A stretch of DNA of 64,000 nt from an uncultured virus (IMG/VR IMGVR_UViG_3300035498_001541) (IMGVR_UViG_3300035498_001541), one strand, 5' to 3'; positions 19,188-29,922 are shown, counted from the first letter of the stretch. Notes: generated by a model from the sequence alone, not told the origin. Numbers and translations: made by a program.

Positions 19188-21539
19188 CTCAATAATCACA
19201 TCGTCAGAGACATCAACGTCATCAGAACCACCCGACGAGTCTCCACCAACGTCTTCTATTTCTACATCAGAACCTGAGTCATCTGAACTTGGTTCATCAT
19301 CCTCGATCTCCTCAACAACTACATCATCATTTGACTTTGTATCATTTTTCTTTGTGCTATTGTCTTTGCTTTCAGGCTTTGGATCAACACTAGTATTGGA
19401 AGTAGTGTCTTCCTCTGTCTGCACAGTAGTCCCACTATCACTGCTACTGTTATCGCTACTGTATGAATAATCATAGTTGCTGTTGCCATCGTCAGAATCC
19501 TCAGAGTAGTTTCCTGCCGGTTTAGAAGTTGCCTGCACTGTCACTTTTCTTACACGCTTCTTCTTAAACTTCACTATCTTCTTGTTTCTACACAGATAGT
19601 TCTGAATATCCCTCCAAATGCTCATGGGGTATGTTGAACCCCACAAGTTACTGACGCTCTTACTCTCGTCATACCCAACATAACAAGCAACACTATAGTA
19701 AGGTGTGTAGCCACAGAACCAACCATTAGTCTGATTATTCGTAGTACCAGTCTTACACGCAACTGGCATACCCTTCCCGACTACCAAACCTTTGGCAGTT
19801 CCATTCTTAGCAACACCCTGCAAAATATCGGTCATAACTCTGGCAGCATCCTCAGAGTACACTCTCTTTTCTTCAAAGTTCAAATCCAAATCCAAACCCG
19901 AAGCCATTCGTACTCTGGTAATACATGTAGGCTCTGTAAACTTACCGTCATTGGCTAATGTTCTGTATGCACTCGCCATTTCGACAGTAGTTACTCCGTA
20001 TGTTAAACCACCAAGTGCACTGGACAAATAATAATCAGATGGTACAATCTTACTAAATCCCATAGCCTGCACATAGCTCAAGCCTTTCTGTGGCCCAATC
20101 GCATTAAATAGATTCCATGCAACAACATTCTTACTTTTTTCAACTGCTGTCCGCATGGTAATCCATCCTAAGTAAGTCCCATCAGAGTTCCTTGGTCCAT
20201 CCGAGCTGTATGAGTCATTCACCAGAGAATTAGGTGTATACCCTTGCTCAATAGCCGGCGTGTAAACTATCAAAGGTTTAATAGTACTTCCCGGCTGTCT
20301 ATAGCTTTGATACGCACGATTCAAAGTCAAAACTCCATTGAAGTTCTGGCTCCTACCACCAACAATCGCAATCACCTTACCAGTTTTGTTATTCACAACA
20401 GTAGCAGCACCTTGCAACTCGTAAATGCCATCCTTCGACTTAGAAGTAAATCCCCTCAGATTCTTGTTCACGATTTTCTGCAACTTCTTCTGCACTTTCT
20501 GATTGATAGAAGTGTTAATCCTATATCCTCCAGTGTACAGCTTTTCCTTAGCTGAATCGTAAGCCTCCAAATACTTCTTCCGATATTTCGTATACTCCTT
20601 CTCAGATTTAAAGGAATACTGAAACTTGAAATCGCTCTGCTCCATCAGAAACCTTACAGAGCAATCAATGGCATAACTCGTCACATAGTTATAGTTCTTT
20701 GCCTTCACTTCATTAAAATGAATAGGCGAGTTGCACGCTACTAAGTATTCTTCTTCACTCACGTATTCCTGTGAGTACATTTCAGAAAGAATTAAGTTTC
20801 GTCTCTTAGTCGTATTTTTGATATTGGTCAATGGGTCATAGTACGTAGGATTGTTAGGAATTGCACACAGGAAAGCTATCTCGTTCAGAGTAAGTTTATC
20901 AACACTCTTATTGAAATACCCCTTTGCTGCAGCACCTATCCCGTAATACCCGTTGGCGTAGTTAATATTATTCAAATAAAATTCGATTATCTGTTTCTTT
21001 GAATACTTCTCTTCCAGACCTAGAGCAATAAAGATTTCTTTCACCTTACGCTCAATACTCTTCTCATTACTCAAATAAATATTCTTCACCAACTGCTGTG
21101 TGATGGTACTTCCACCTCTGGTAATATCATTCGGATTCTTGAGATACAAATAGCTGGCTAAAGCTGTACTTTGCCAATCAACGCCCTCATGCTCCCAGAA
21201 TCTTTTATCCTCAATAGCAACAACTGCATTCACAAGGTCTTCCGGAAACTCGTCGTATGACAAATAGTTAATATCCTTATCAGTCTTCAGCTTCGCAATC
21301 TGCTTACCATCGCAATCATAGATGTAGCTAGTCTGCACAGCCTTAAAGTCCTTGATAGAGCTGTTTGCTACAATCTCATCAGCTTCTGCCCTGTACTCAT
21401 CCACAATAGGCCTGTACTTCTTATACGCCCCATACCCAAAAAATATCGCAACTGCAATAGCACACCAAATTATAATTCTGAAAATCCACCGAATAGATTT
21501 CCACAAACTAAATTTTGCTACTTTGTTACGAGACGACAC
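19185..21539 (-). CDS. Class A penicillin-binding protein (PBP1A-like transglycosylase/transpeptidase)
   Basis: N-terminal TM; EDKRFWEHEGVD, GGSTITQQLVKN, RKVKE; SxxK (STIK), SKN and KTG; acidic S/D-rich tail. Confidence 0.95.
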   Translation of the reverse strand: MSSRNKVAKFSLWKSIRWIFRIIIWCAIAVAIFFGYGAYKKYRPIVDEYRAEADEIVANSSIKDFKAVQTSYIYDCDGKQIAKLKTDKDINYLSYDEFPEDLVNAVVAIEDKRFWEHEGVDWQSTALASYLYLKNPNDITRGGSTITQQLVKNIYLSNEKSIERKVKEIFIALGLEEKYSKKQIIEFYLNNINYANGYYGIGAAAKGYFNKSVDKLTLNEIAFLCAIPNNPTYYDPLTNIKNTTKRRNLILSEMYSQEYVSEEEYLVACNSPIHFNEVKAKNYNYVTSYAIDCSVRFLMEQSDFKFQYSFKSEKEYTKYRKKYLEAYDSAKEKLYTGGYRINTSINQKVQKKLQKIVNKNLRGFTSKSKDGIYELQGAATVVNNKTGKVIAIVGGRSQNFNGVLTLNRAYQSYRQPGSTIKPLIVYTPAIEQGYTPNSLVNDSYSSDGPRNSDGTYLGWITMRTAVEKSKNVVAWNLFNAIGPQKGLSYVQAMGFSKIVPSDYYLSSALGGLTYGVTTVEMASAYRTLANDGKFTEPTCITRVRMASGLDLDLNFEEKRVYSEDAARVMTDILQGVAKNGTAKGLVVGKGMPVACKTGTTNNQTNGWFCGYTPYYSVACYVGYDESKSVSNLWGSTYPMSIWRDIQNYLCRNKKIVKFKKKRVRKVTVQATSKPAGNYSEDSDDGNSNYDYSYSSDNSSSDSGTTVQTEEDTTSNTSVDPKPESKDNSTKKNDTKSNDDVVVEEIEDDEPSSDDSGSDVEIEDVGGDSSGGSDDVDVSDDVIIE

Positions 21540-22513
21540 TCAATCACCCTCCCAATACGAGAAAGGTATGCTCCTTCCTCAGCTTTCACATTTAAGATTA
21601 TTGGCTTAGCCGCTTCTACGTTATCCAGAACTACAGTATCGAAGTCAATAGAATACTTCTCTTTACTATACTTGGATACACTAATCTCCAGTAAATACCC
21701 CTCTGGAATTATCAGTGCTACACCAGTCTCGACCTCAAAGAAATCCCCTTTGCGAGCCTTCACTTCAAAAAGCTCATCCCAGTTCTCCTTAACATCGTGC
21801 GTATAGATACGATAGTTAGCAAGACTCAAATACCCATCGCCTTTAAAAACAGATGGTACCGCGGTATTATCATAGACAATTTCCACACCATCTGTCTTAG
21901 CAATCCGTTTTGTCACCCGGTCATAGATAGTCTCTGTTGCAATCTTGAGAGCACCTACAACATTATCAGCATCAATCTTAAATGGCTCTGGCTCCGGTTC
22001 CTCTTCCGGCTCCGGCTCTGGCTCAGGCTCTTCTTCCTTCTCTTGATGAATAACATCCATATGCTGTTTGTCATTATCAATCTTAAACAAGTCGAGAATC
22101 TCCATCTCAGCATTGTTCTCTATGGCTTTGGTCTCATCGTCCATCTCGTCATCATTGGCGAACACATCCAGAGCCATATCACCAAAATCCCCGAAAGACA
22201 TACTATCGTCATCTGCAAAATCTCCGCCGAAGAAGTTCATTTCTTCTTTCTGCTCTGCCTTGCTTTCTTCTGCAGCCTTAGCTTCTTCCTCCGCTTCCTG
22301 CTCCTCTTTTCTCCGACGTCTACGTCTACCAGAACTCTTACTGCCACCGGCATCCTCCTGCTCGGCACCTACTATCTCGTCAACAGAAGGTACTGTACTC
22401 CCTCCAGCTAAATCCTCAACTACAGTCTCACCGTAGCTTTCCTCGGATGCTACACTTGCCGCTTCAGCAACTGCACCCATTTTCTTTGCGTCTTTAGACT
22501 TTCTCCTAATCAT
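21518..22513 (-). CDS. Acidic disordered protein with a degenerate dUTPase-like C-terminal domain
   Basis: ETGVALIIPEGYLLEI...VVLD...IGRVIECRLV follows the trimeric dUTPase scaffold but lacks the catalytic motifs. Confidence 0.6.
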   Translation of the reverse strand: MIRRKSKDAKKMGAVAEAASVASEESYGETVVEDLAGGSTVPSVDEIVGAEQEDAGGSKSSGRRRRRRKEEQEAEEEAKAAEESKAEQKEEMNFFGGDFADDDSMSFGDFGDMALDVFANDDEMDDETKAIENNAEMEILDLFKIDNDKQHMDVIHQEKEEEPEPEPEPEEEPEPEPFKIDADNVVGALKIATETIYDRVTKRIAKTDGVEIVYDNTAVPSVFKGDGYLSLANYRIYTHDVKENWDELFEVKARKGDFFEVETGVALIIPEGYLLEISVSKYSKEKYSIDFDTVVLDNVEAAKPIILNVKAEEGAYLSRIGRVIECRLVTK

Positions 22514-22529
22514 CAGTCTCCTCCTCTAT

Positions 22530-23909
22530 TTAACTCTGTGGTTTCTGCCCACAATATTTACAACTTCCGTCACTGTTAGTATAACTATGTCCTGAAGCAG
22601 GTATTGCTACATATTGCTCTGTGTTACAATAGGTACACCGATAGATTATCTTACCATCATCTTCGCACGTAGCTGCTTCAGTATCATAGTACTTATAGCT
22701 ATGCTCACTTCCGGTATGCTTTGTTACTCTGCTCTCAATATATCCACACTTAGAACACTTATAAAGATCAACTTTATCATGCTGACATGTTAGCTCTTGG
22801 AATGTGCGATAGAACTCAAAAGTATGTTCTTCCTCTGCAGCATACCAAATTTTCTCGTCACAGTTATAACAGTGGTTCCACGCATGATGCGTAGTTGACG
22901 TTCTTTCAAAATCTAAAACTGTATAATTAACTACATGATGAGCAGCTTCCCCATAAACCACCTTTGTCTTACTACACCTTGAGCAAACATAATCTGTCTC
23001 CTCATCAGTAGTACAAGTAAAATCCTTATGGTCGTATTGCACCCAATCATGCCCTAAAGCTCCTACTGTTTTCTGCTGATAATCTCCGCAGTTAATGCAA
23101 ACGCTTACAACTTTACCAACATCCGTACACGTTGCTGAAATAGAGCTCTGTTTTACATAATTATGCTCCTCTACCTCTGGCTCCTCTGTTGGGTCAGGCT
23201 CCTCTGTTACCACTACGTCATCAGCAGCTGCAACGCCATCATACTTTGGTGCATCGGACTCATCTTCACCGGGTAAAGGCTTTGCAGTATTCTCTACAAT
23301 CTCCTCAATACCCTTTGGCTCATCAGTCTGCACACCTAAAATCGGAACCTCTGTTGGCTTCTCTGTTGGCGTAATAGTTGCTACACTCATAGGAGCCACA
23401 GTTGGTTTAACAGTAGGCTTTACAGTCGGAGCCATTGTAGGACTTGCTGTAGGGCTCGCAGTTGGACTTGCCGTAGGACTTGCTGTTGGACTTGCAGTGG
23501 GACTCACCACTGGACTTGCTGAAACATCTGAAGTCAAGCCCGGACTCTTAGTTACTTCTGTCTCCTGCTTAGTCACATACACTTCATTCGTAACCCGTAC
23601 CCTAAAGACTTTCATACCTTTAGTCTTCACAGTCACGTATACTGTTGTACTGCCTGCCTTAGTTCCAGAAGTCACAGTTACTTTCTTCTTACTTACCTTA
23701 ACAGTCGCAATCTTCTTATTAGCAATAGAAGCACTAACCTTTTTAATCCCACTACCCGAAACCTTGATGGTTTTCTTCTGCTTCTGTCCATCTGTCGTCT
23801 CGAGAGAAAGCTTAGTTTTGCTAATACTTACTTTGCTTGCTGCACTTACACTAATACCAGATACAACCATGGTACCAATCAGCAGCAAAGCCAAAAGTCT
23901 TTGCTTCAT
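22530..23909 (-). CDS. Secreted protein: Ig-like domain, PT-rich linker, His/Cys-rich repeats
   Basis: Signal peptide; ASPT/VKPT repeats; several H...ATC....CxxC units. Confidence 0.85.
   Translation of the reverse strand: MKQRLLALLLIGTMVVSGISVSAASKVSISKTKLSLETTDGQKQKKTIKVSGSGIKKVSASIANKKIATVKVSKKKVTVTSGTKAGSTTVYVTVKTKGMKVFRVRVTNEVYVTKQETEVTKSPGLTSDVSASPVVSPTASPTASPTASPTASPTASPTMAPTVKPTVKPTVAPMSVATITPTEKPTEVPILGVQTDEPKGIEEIVENTAKPLPGEDESDAPKYDGVAAADDVVVTEEPDPTEEPEVEEHNYVKQSSISATCTDVGKVVSVCINCGDYQQKTVGALGHDWVQYDHKDFTCTTDEETDYVCSRCSKTKVVYGEAAHHVVNYTVLDFERTSTTHHAWNHCYNCDEKIWYAAEEEHTFEFYRTFQELTCQHDKVDLYKCSKCGYIESRVTKHTGSEHSYKYYDTEAATCEDDGKIIYRCTYCNTEQYVAIPASGHSYTNSDGSCKYCGQKPQS
23385..23515. repeat. 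Coding 12-nt tandem repeats (ASPT / VKPT linker)
   Basis: Imperfect gttggacttgc-type units. Confidence 0.7.
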
Positions 23910-23924
23910 TTGATTACCTCCTAC

Positions 23925-24314
23925 TTACTCTTTCTCTGTTACTTCTTTAAGCAACTTAATTACATCACTATCTGTTACTTTAGTCTTTTTACCATCTTTG
24001 GTAGTTACCCAGTACCCTAAATACTCAAAGTCAAACTCCTCAACCTGTGACACCTTATACCAAGTATCATCCAAGAAAATCTCAACATTCCCATCAGACC
24101 TCCGAACATTATCTGTCTCTTCAATCTGAATCTCATTAATCTTTGAATACCACTCTCTCATCAGCACTCTGTCAGCTCTCACACCAAAAACAGCAAAAAG
24201 ATAGACTAAAATAATCGCTGTAAAAACTATAGTTACATTCCACCATTTCTTAATCAGCATGGCGGTATAGATACACACCACGCCGATTACAATAGCCACA
24301 TATTCCATACTCAC
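23925..24314 (-). CDS. Membrane protein
   Basis: Two N-terminal hydrophobic helices. Confidence 0.7.
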   Translation of the reverse strand: MSMEYVAIVIGVVCIYTAMLIKKWWNVTIVFTAIILVYLFAVFGVRADRVLMREWYSKINEIQIEETDNVRRSDGNVEIFLDDTWYKVSQVEEFDFEYLGYWVTTKDGKKTKVTDSDVIKLLKEVTEKE

Positions 24315-24324
24315 TCCTTATCTG

Positions 24325-24525
24325 TTAGATGCCATCATTCCGAATATACATCTTATCATACGTAAAAGACTCCCCCACCTTAGACCTCTTTGCCCAGCTT
24401 TCAACTTTGCTACGCACTATTTTGCCATATTCATTTTCAACATCTGTAAGAAGTTCATCAAAACCATCGTAGAAGCAATACCCTCCAAAACCAGTAGCTA
24501 CCTCTAATCTAAAAGTTTCATCCAT
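24325..24525 (-). CDS. Hypothetical protein
   Basis: 66 aa with GGAGG RBS. Confidence 0.6.
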   Translation of the reverse strand: MDETFRLEVATGFGGYCFYDGFDELLTDVENEYGKIVRSKVESWAKRSKVGESFTYDKMYIRNDGI

Positions 24526-24535
24526 AAACTACCTC

Positions 24536-26710
24536 CTACAAATGCAATGTCCTGTTCTTCATCTCTTTGGTCTTCCCTTCATTCCAGAAGTTCTCACCAA
24601 GATACCCACAGGTTCTGCGTGGCACATTCATCTTGCTGTGGTCTTTGTTGCCACACTGAGGGCATTCCCACTGGTTATCATCGTTAATCAGAATCTCTCC
24701 AGTGAAACCGCACACATGACAGTAATCAGACCGCGTGTTAAACTCAGCATACTGAATCGTGTCATAGATAAACCCGACTAAAGACCGGAGTGCATCAAGA
24801 TTCTTCTCCATATTTGGAATCTCAATATAAGAGATACACCCACCGGGAGACAGCCTCTGAAACTCACTCTCAAACTTCAGCTTATCAAAAGCATTTATCT
24901 TCTCGCGCACGTCAACGTGGTATGAGTTGGTGTAATACCCCTTATCAGTGATATCCTTAATCTCACCAAACTGCTCTGCATCAATACTAGCAAAGCGATA
25001 GCACAGACTTTCTGCAGGAGTCCCATACAAAGCAAAACCAAGACCAGTTGAAGCTTTCCAGCTATCCACTGTATCTTTTAACCTCTTCATTACTCGCAGA
25101 GCAAACTCTTTCCCCTCAGGCTCTGTATGGCTGACACCTTTCATAGCCATTGTCATTTCATATACACCAATATAGCCCAGTGACAAAGTAGAGTACCCAT
25201 CATGTAGCAACTTATCAATCTTCTCGCCTTTCTCTAAACGTGAGATTGCTCCATACTGCCAATGCAAAGGACTCACATCACTTGGAGTACCCTCTAAAGC
25301 TCTATGCCGATACATAAGAGCTTCTCTGCACAATAGCAGTCTCTCTTCCAGCAGCCGCCAGAACACATCCTCATCGCCATTAGCAATAATGCCAATCTGT
25401 GGCAGGTTAATACTCACAACACCCTGGTTAAAACGACCATAAAACTTCCAGTTCCCATTCTCATCTTTCCAAGGACTCAAAAAGCTCCGACAACCCATTG
25501 GTGTAAATACATTACCCTTGTACGCCTCACGCATCTTCTTAGCCGAAATATAATCCGGATACATTCTCTTTGCACTACACTCAACAGCCAGTTCAGTAAG
25601 GTAGGAAAACTCCCCACTGTCAAGCTTGTTGTTCTCATCCAGCACGTATACCAACTTCGGGAAAGCAGGTGTAATCTTTACACCTTTCTCATTCTTAATA
25701 CCATCAATCCTCTGTCGCAGAACCTCCTCGACTACCATAGCAACATTGTGCTTGTACGGGTCATCATCCCTTACATACATAAACAGTGTTACGAAAGGAC
25801 TCTGCCCATTGGTAGTCATAAGAGTATTTATCTGATACTGAATGGTCTGAACACCATCCCTAATCTCATACTGTAAGTGCATTTCTGCAATCTCATTGAC
25901 ATGCCTAGTTAAATCTTCCTCTGATACAAAGCAGGAAGTTAGCCCGGCATTGTCAAGCTCCCGTCTTACACGCTGACGCTGTTTTTCTCTCGATACTTCC
26001 ACGTACTTTCCTAAACATGACAAATCAACAGACTGCCCGCCGTACTGGTTACTTGCAACATTGGCAATTACCTGTGTCATAACAGTGCAGGCAACACGAA
26101 AACTCTTTGGGCTTTCTATCAACTTACCATTGATACACGTTCCGTTATCGAGAACATCCTCCATGTTAATCAAACAGCAATTAAACATATGCTGCATAAA
26201 ATAATCTGCATCATGGAAATGCAGAATCCCCTTTGCATGAGCATCAGCAATCTCTTTAGGAAGCAACCGCCTAAAAGTTAAATCCTTTGAAATCTCACCA
26301 GCGGCATAGTCCCTCTGCGTACTACAAGTAAACGTGTTCTTGTTAGAATTCTCCTCATTGCTGAACTTATCAGTCCCAGCAATAATAGACAGAATCTTAT
26401 CATCAAGATTATGTACCTCACGAACACTTGCGTGCTCATACCGGTAAATAATATAAGCCTTAGCCAGCCTATACAATCCACGCTTTACTAAGCCTTCCTC
26501 TACCAAATCCTGAATCTGCTCGACTGTTACTTTTCTCTCCGGCTCATTATCAATAAAGTCCTCAATAGTAGCAACGATTTCGTCAATCTGTTCATTGTCT
26601 GCAATCTCTGCTTCACTCACATCCCTATTAGCATTCTTAATGGCAGCAGCCACTTTCCTTGAATTGTATGGAACTTCTTTCTGGTTCCGCTTTACAACTG
26701 TACGTTCCAT
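24536..26710 (-). CDS. nrdD: Anaerobic (class III) ribonucleoside-triphosphate reductase with ATP-cone
   Basis: VVKRN ATP-cone, HFHDADY, NCC, MGCRS, GTPAE, CxxC...CxxC and glycyl-radical loop RRTCGYLG. Confidence 0.97.
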   Translation of the reverse strand: MERTVVKRNQKEVPYNSRKVAAAIKNANRDVSEAEIADNEQIDEIVATIEDFIDNEPERKVTVEQIQDLVEEGLVKRGLYRLAKAYIIYRYEHASVREVHNLDDKILSIIAGTDKFSNEENSNKNTFTCSTQRDYAAGEISKDLTFRRLLPKEIADAHAKGILHFHDADYFMQHMFNCCLINMEDVLDNGTCINGKLIESPKSFRVACTVMTQVIANVASNQYGGQSVDLSCLGKYVEVSREKQRQRVRRELDNAGLTSCFVSEEDLTRHVNEIAEMHLQYEIRDGVQTIQYQINTLMTTNGQSPFVTLFMYVRDDDPYKHNVAMVVEEVLRQRIDGIKNEKGVKITPAFPKLVYVLDENNKLDSGEFSYLTELAVECSAKRMYPDYISAKKMREAYKGNVFTPMGCRSFLSPWKDENGNWKFYGRFNQGVVSINLPQIGIIANGDEDVFWRLLEERLLLCREALMYRHRALEGTPSDVSPLHWQYGAISRLEKGEKIDKLLHDGYSTLSLGYIGVYEMTMAMKGVSHTEPEGKEFALRVMKRLKDTVDSWKASTGLGFALYGTPAESLCYRFASIDAEQFGEIKDITDKGYYTNSYHVDVREKINAFDKLKFESEFQRLSPGGCISYIEIPNMEKNLDALRSLVGFIYDTIQYAEFNTRSDYCHVCGFTGEILINDDNQWECPQCGNKDHSKMNVPRRTCGYLGENFWNEGKTKEMKNRTLHL

Positions 26711-26726
26711 CTTAGAAACCTCCTCA

Positions 26727-27260
26727 CTATTTCTTACTATCGCTAAAATTTATCTGGGTTATCCTCTGCCCCTTAGCATTTTCATTAGAAAGCTTATTTA
26801 TTGAAATTAGTGTACTAACTAAAATCACCAAATCAGCTATTGCTATTGGATAAGACCTAAGAATCAAATCATAGAACAGCCACAACAACAGATTAATTGC
26901 TAAAGCCACCTTGCTTTTCAGTAGATCAAACTTACCAACTGCAAAGGTATATTCCATTTCAGCTATCAGTGGAAGGAACCCCGACTTATTAGCACACACT
27001 GAAATTATTGCAGTAAGTGCTAGCAATCCAATCAAAATAGCATTGTTAATCTTTTCCTTAATTGTTGTGATATTCCTAAAAATGGCTACAATATTCAGCA
27101 TTACACCTGCCCAGCCACCAAGCAATGCATCCGCAATAGCATTAGCTGATGCGTCAAAAATCTGAATCCTAAGCATTTCCTCCTTAGTATCACTAAAGGT
27201 ACTGTATAGCAACAAAACTGCACCAATTGCTGAAAACACCTGTGCCAGCATAAACATCAA
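26727..27260 (-). CDS. YgjV-like inner membrane protein
   Basis: Multi-TM; LLGGWAG..LN...IFRN and LWLFYD patterns. Confidence 0.65.
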   Translation of the reverse strand: MMFMLAQVFSAIGAVLLLYSTFSDTKEEMLRIQIFDASANAIADALLGGWAGVMLNIVAIFRNITTIKEKINNAILIGLLALTAIISVCANKSGFLPLIAEMEYTFAVGKFDLLKSKVALAINLLLWLFYDLILRSYPIAIADLVILVSTLISINKLSNENAKGQRITQINFSDSKK

Positions 27261-27263
27261 TTA

Positions 27264-27992
27264 TCATCCCCTATTCTTTTCTAAAATAAATTCAGGACCA
27301 TGCACTCTGTGAAAGTTCTCAACAAAGTCATCCCGCTCAAGCCTGTAAATTCTATTTCCTCTCTTTGATACAAACTCAGAACCCTGAATTCTTCTAAACA
27401 TAGCATTGGCTTCAACCTTGTTATCAAACCTTGCTTCAAAGTCCGACTTATAACAAACTTTCATCCCCTTGTCATAGAAAGCACGAGAACTAACCAATGC
27501 AATTACAAACTGCTCATTTGCCCACCCGAAAAAAGCCATAGAAAACACTTTGGTAAAGCCTACATCAACAAGAACGCTGTCAAACTTAAAAATCTTGTTG
27601 TTTGTGTGTTCATTGCAAACATCAGCATAACCCCTAATACTTGCTTCAGTCTCTCCTGCAAACATAATATCAACCCAGGCTTTACACCCAATTGTATTAT
27701 CCTGACTAACATCCAACACAAGCTCGGTAAGCACACTATCAAGTTCATCTAAAAACTTCTCGTGAAGAAACTCCTTCTTGTGCAGTTCATCCCCTGCGTA
27801 ATACCCATACCCAATAATTCCACCGTTCCGAACTATCAACCCTGCGTATACTTGTTTCTTCTCTCTGCCCTTGTAAATACCGGTAAGCTCGTATCCGAGA
27901 AATTCTCCCTCAGACCTCTCAACCATGCACTTTACTTCTTTCATCCGGTCTATCTCACGTAGCTTTGTCTCAAGTGCTAGAGCAAAATTCAT
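27264..27992 (-). CDS. Hypothetical protein (242 aa)
   Basis: GGAGGAG RBS. Confidence 0.7.
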   Translation of the reverse strand: MNFALALETKLREIDRMKEVKCMVERSEGEFLGYELTGIYKGREKKQVYAGLIVRNGGIIGYGYYAGDELHKKEFLHEKFLDELDSVLTELVLDVSQDNTIGCKAWVDIMFAGETEASIRGYADVCNEHTNNKIFKFDSVLVDVGFTKVFSMAFFGWANEQFVIALVSSRAFYDKGMKVCYKSDFEARFDNKVEANAMFRRIQGSEFVSKRGNRIYRLERDDFVENFHRVHGPEFILEKNRG

Positions 27993-28008
27993 TTGTACTC
28001 CTCCAATC

Positions 28009-28040
28009 TAAAAACTCCAGTGACTTGTCATCACTGGAGT
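28009..28040 (-). terminator. Intrinsic terminator
   Basis: ACTCCAGTGA/TCACTGGAGT 10-bp stem plus T-run. Confidence 0.75.
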
Positions 28041-28044
28041 CCAA

Positions 28045-29862
28045 TCAACTACCCTTTTTCTGCACATGCACTACAACCTTTGCTGTAGTACCATTATAGG
28101 TTTTCACCTTTATTTTACACTTACCGACTTTCTTAGCATGTATCTGCCCGCCTGCTGAAACAGTGGCAACTTTCTTGTTAGTGGACTTATAGGTAACACT
28201 GCTACTTGCAGTACTTGACTTTATTTTATAGGTCAACCGATAGTATTGTCCTTTAACAAGGTATAAATCACTACCGGAGTTAAGATTGATTTGTGTTGGT
28301 GCACTCTTCACCTTCACAGTAATCTTCTCGTAAGCACCGTCAGACTTTGTTACCTTAATCACTGAACTACTAACCTTTTTACCGGTAACAGTAAGAGTTG
28401 TAGTTCCCTTCCCTGTCACTTCAAGCCTGTTCTCATTATAGTCAACAGCTGTAAACGTAGAATCACCGGTAATTGTAATTGTCTCATTGAGACCTATGGT
28501 GTAGCTAGTCTCTGATGTAGTAGTGCCTAAAACCCATAGTGGGTACAAGTCAACGCTACCATTTGCAACAACGTCGCACGTAGTTGCACCAGTCCCATCT
28601 GCATTGTAACATCTTGTACCTAAACCATTTCGCCCAGTGTAATATCCTTCAAGAACATACCCAATCTCAGGAGCTGTAGGTACAACAATCGTAGGATAAG
28701 TAGTTCCGCCCTGTACCTTAATAGTATTTGTTACCTTCGCATTCTCATCCGATGAGTCATAAAAGTTCACCGTCACCGGCTGCCTAATATAATTGGCAAC
28801 GAAGGTTACATCACTTTTTACAACATAGTTAGAAATATCTGTAATCAACGCACCATTCTCTGTCGTAGACCAACCAGAAAATGTCCAAGTGTATCCAGTC
28901 TTAGCAACATACAATGACTCCGGATTAGCAACAGTTATTGGAGAATCTTCCCATCTTGCGTATAGTGTTGTATCCTCTGCAATATCCCATTTCTTTACGC
29001 CAGTACCAGAAGAATCAAAATACTTATCACCACTCGCTGTATAATACCCAGTAAACTGTCTCTCTACAACAATATCTGAATAATCTTTGTAATCGTCCTC
29101 TGGCCTATTCTCCACGTTAGCATAGAAATCGGTATGCGTGAACTTCACAGTATACTTCTGTTCCGGAATGGAAACCTTTGCTAAATCATTTCCGTAAACT
29201 ACGTTAAATGATCCAGTCGTAGAGCCTTCATCAACCAAAGTAACATGATAAGTATTACCTGAGTAGTTAGCATAAAAGGTTTCATCTTCATTTGGATTCT
29301 CTATATCAGTATCCCCAGTGTAAACCTTATTTGCAGCAGCATCATATGACCAACCCTGGAAAGTGTACCCCTCTTTTACAAGAGCATCCAGTGTAACACT
29401 CTCATTGCTCCATACTGCATACAAGGTCTCATCAGCAGCGTAACTCCACTTCTCACCAGTAGGATTTCCACTTCCATCAAAATACTGAACATTGTTATTG
29501 TAATACCCTAAAAAGGTGTAGTTTACAGATGTAATACTGGAATCCCAACCATCCACAAGAGTGTAATAGATGGTTCTTGTCGGCACCTCAACACTGCTTT
29601 CAAAGACACCATCTTCCCCGGTTGTTACGCTTGTCTGTGTGCTTTTTCCACCCTCTGTACCATCGTATGAAAAAGCAAGCTTCAAAGAAACCTTAGGCTT
29701 TGGCGTAGGAGTTGGTGTAGGTGCAACAGTAGGCTTAGGTGCAGTTGTCGGTAAATTTCCTGCATTACTTGTTGCTTTTGCTTCAGCACGCTTCCACTGC
29801 ACACCTGAGTAGCTAGTACACAGCAAAGCAAGCACTAGCAAACAACTTAAGCATTTTTTCAT
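28045..29862 (-). CDS. Secreted protein with InlB B-type (Listeria-Bacteroides) repeats and C-terminal Ig-like (Big_2) domain
   Basis: Signal peptide, PT linker, repeated GYTF.GW...TLYA.W units, K-rich SSN.KVATVS..G.I.AKKVG C-terminus. Confidence 0.85.
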   Translation of the reverse strand: MKKCLSCLLVLALLCTSYSGVQWKRAEAKATSNAGNLPTTAPKPTVAPTPTPTPKPKVSLKLAFSYDGTEGGKSTQTSVTTGEDGVFESSVEVPTRTIYYTLVDGWDSSITSVNYTFLGYYNNNVQYFDGSGNPTGEKWSYAADETLYAVWSNESVTLDALVKEGYTFQGWSYDAAANKVYTGDTDIENPNEDETFYANYSGNTYHVTLVDEGSTTGSFNVVYGNDLAKVSIPEQKYTVKFTHTDFYANVENRPEDDYKDYSDIVVERQFTGYYTASGDKYFDSSGTGVKKWDIAEDTTLYARWEDSPITVANPESLYVAKTGYTWTFSGWSTTENGALITDISNYVVKSDVTFVANYIRQPVTVNFYDSSDENAKVTNTIKVQGGTTYPTIVVPTAPEIGYVLEGYYTGRNGLGTRCYNADGTGATTCDVVANGSVDLYPLWVLGTTTSETSYTIGLNETITITGDSTFTAVDYNENRLEVTGKGTTTLTVTGKKVSSSVIKVTKSDGAYEKITVKVKSAPTQINLNSGSDLYLVKGQYYRLTYKIKSSTASSSVTYKSTNKKVATVSAGGQIHAKKVGKCKIKVKTYNGTTAKVVVHVQKKGS

Positions 29863-29888
29863 TCTATCACCTACTTTCTATAAACGCT

Positions 29889-29922
29889 AAAAAGGGAACA
29901 GCAGCTTACCGCCACTATTCCC
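29889..29922 (-). terminator. Terminator or attenuator hairpin in the leader of the surface-protein gene
   Basis: GGGAAUAGUGGC/GCUGCUGUUCCC + UUUUU; the G-U pairs form only on the minus strand. Confidence 0.7.

Noticed and set aside
24536..26710. Missing nrdG activase as a novelty
   Set aside because: It may lie outside the window or be supplied by the host.
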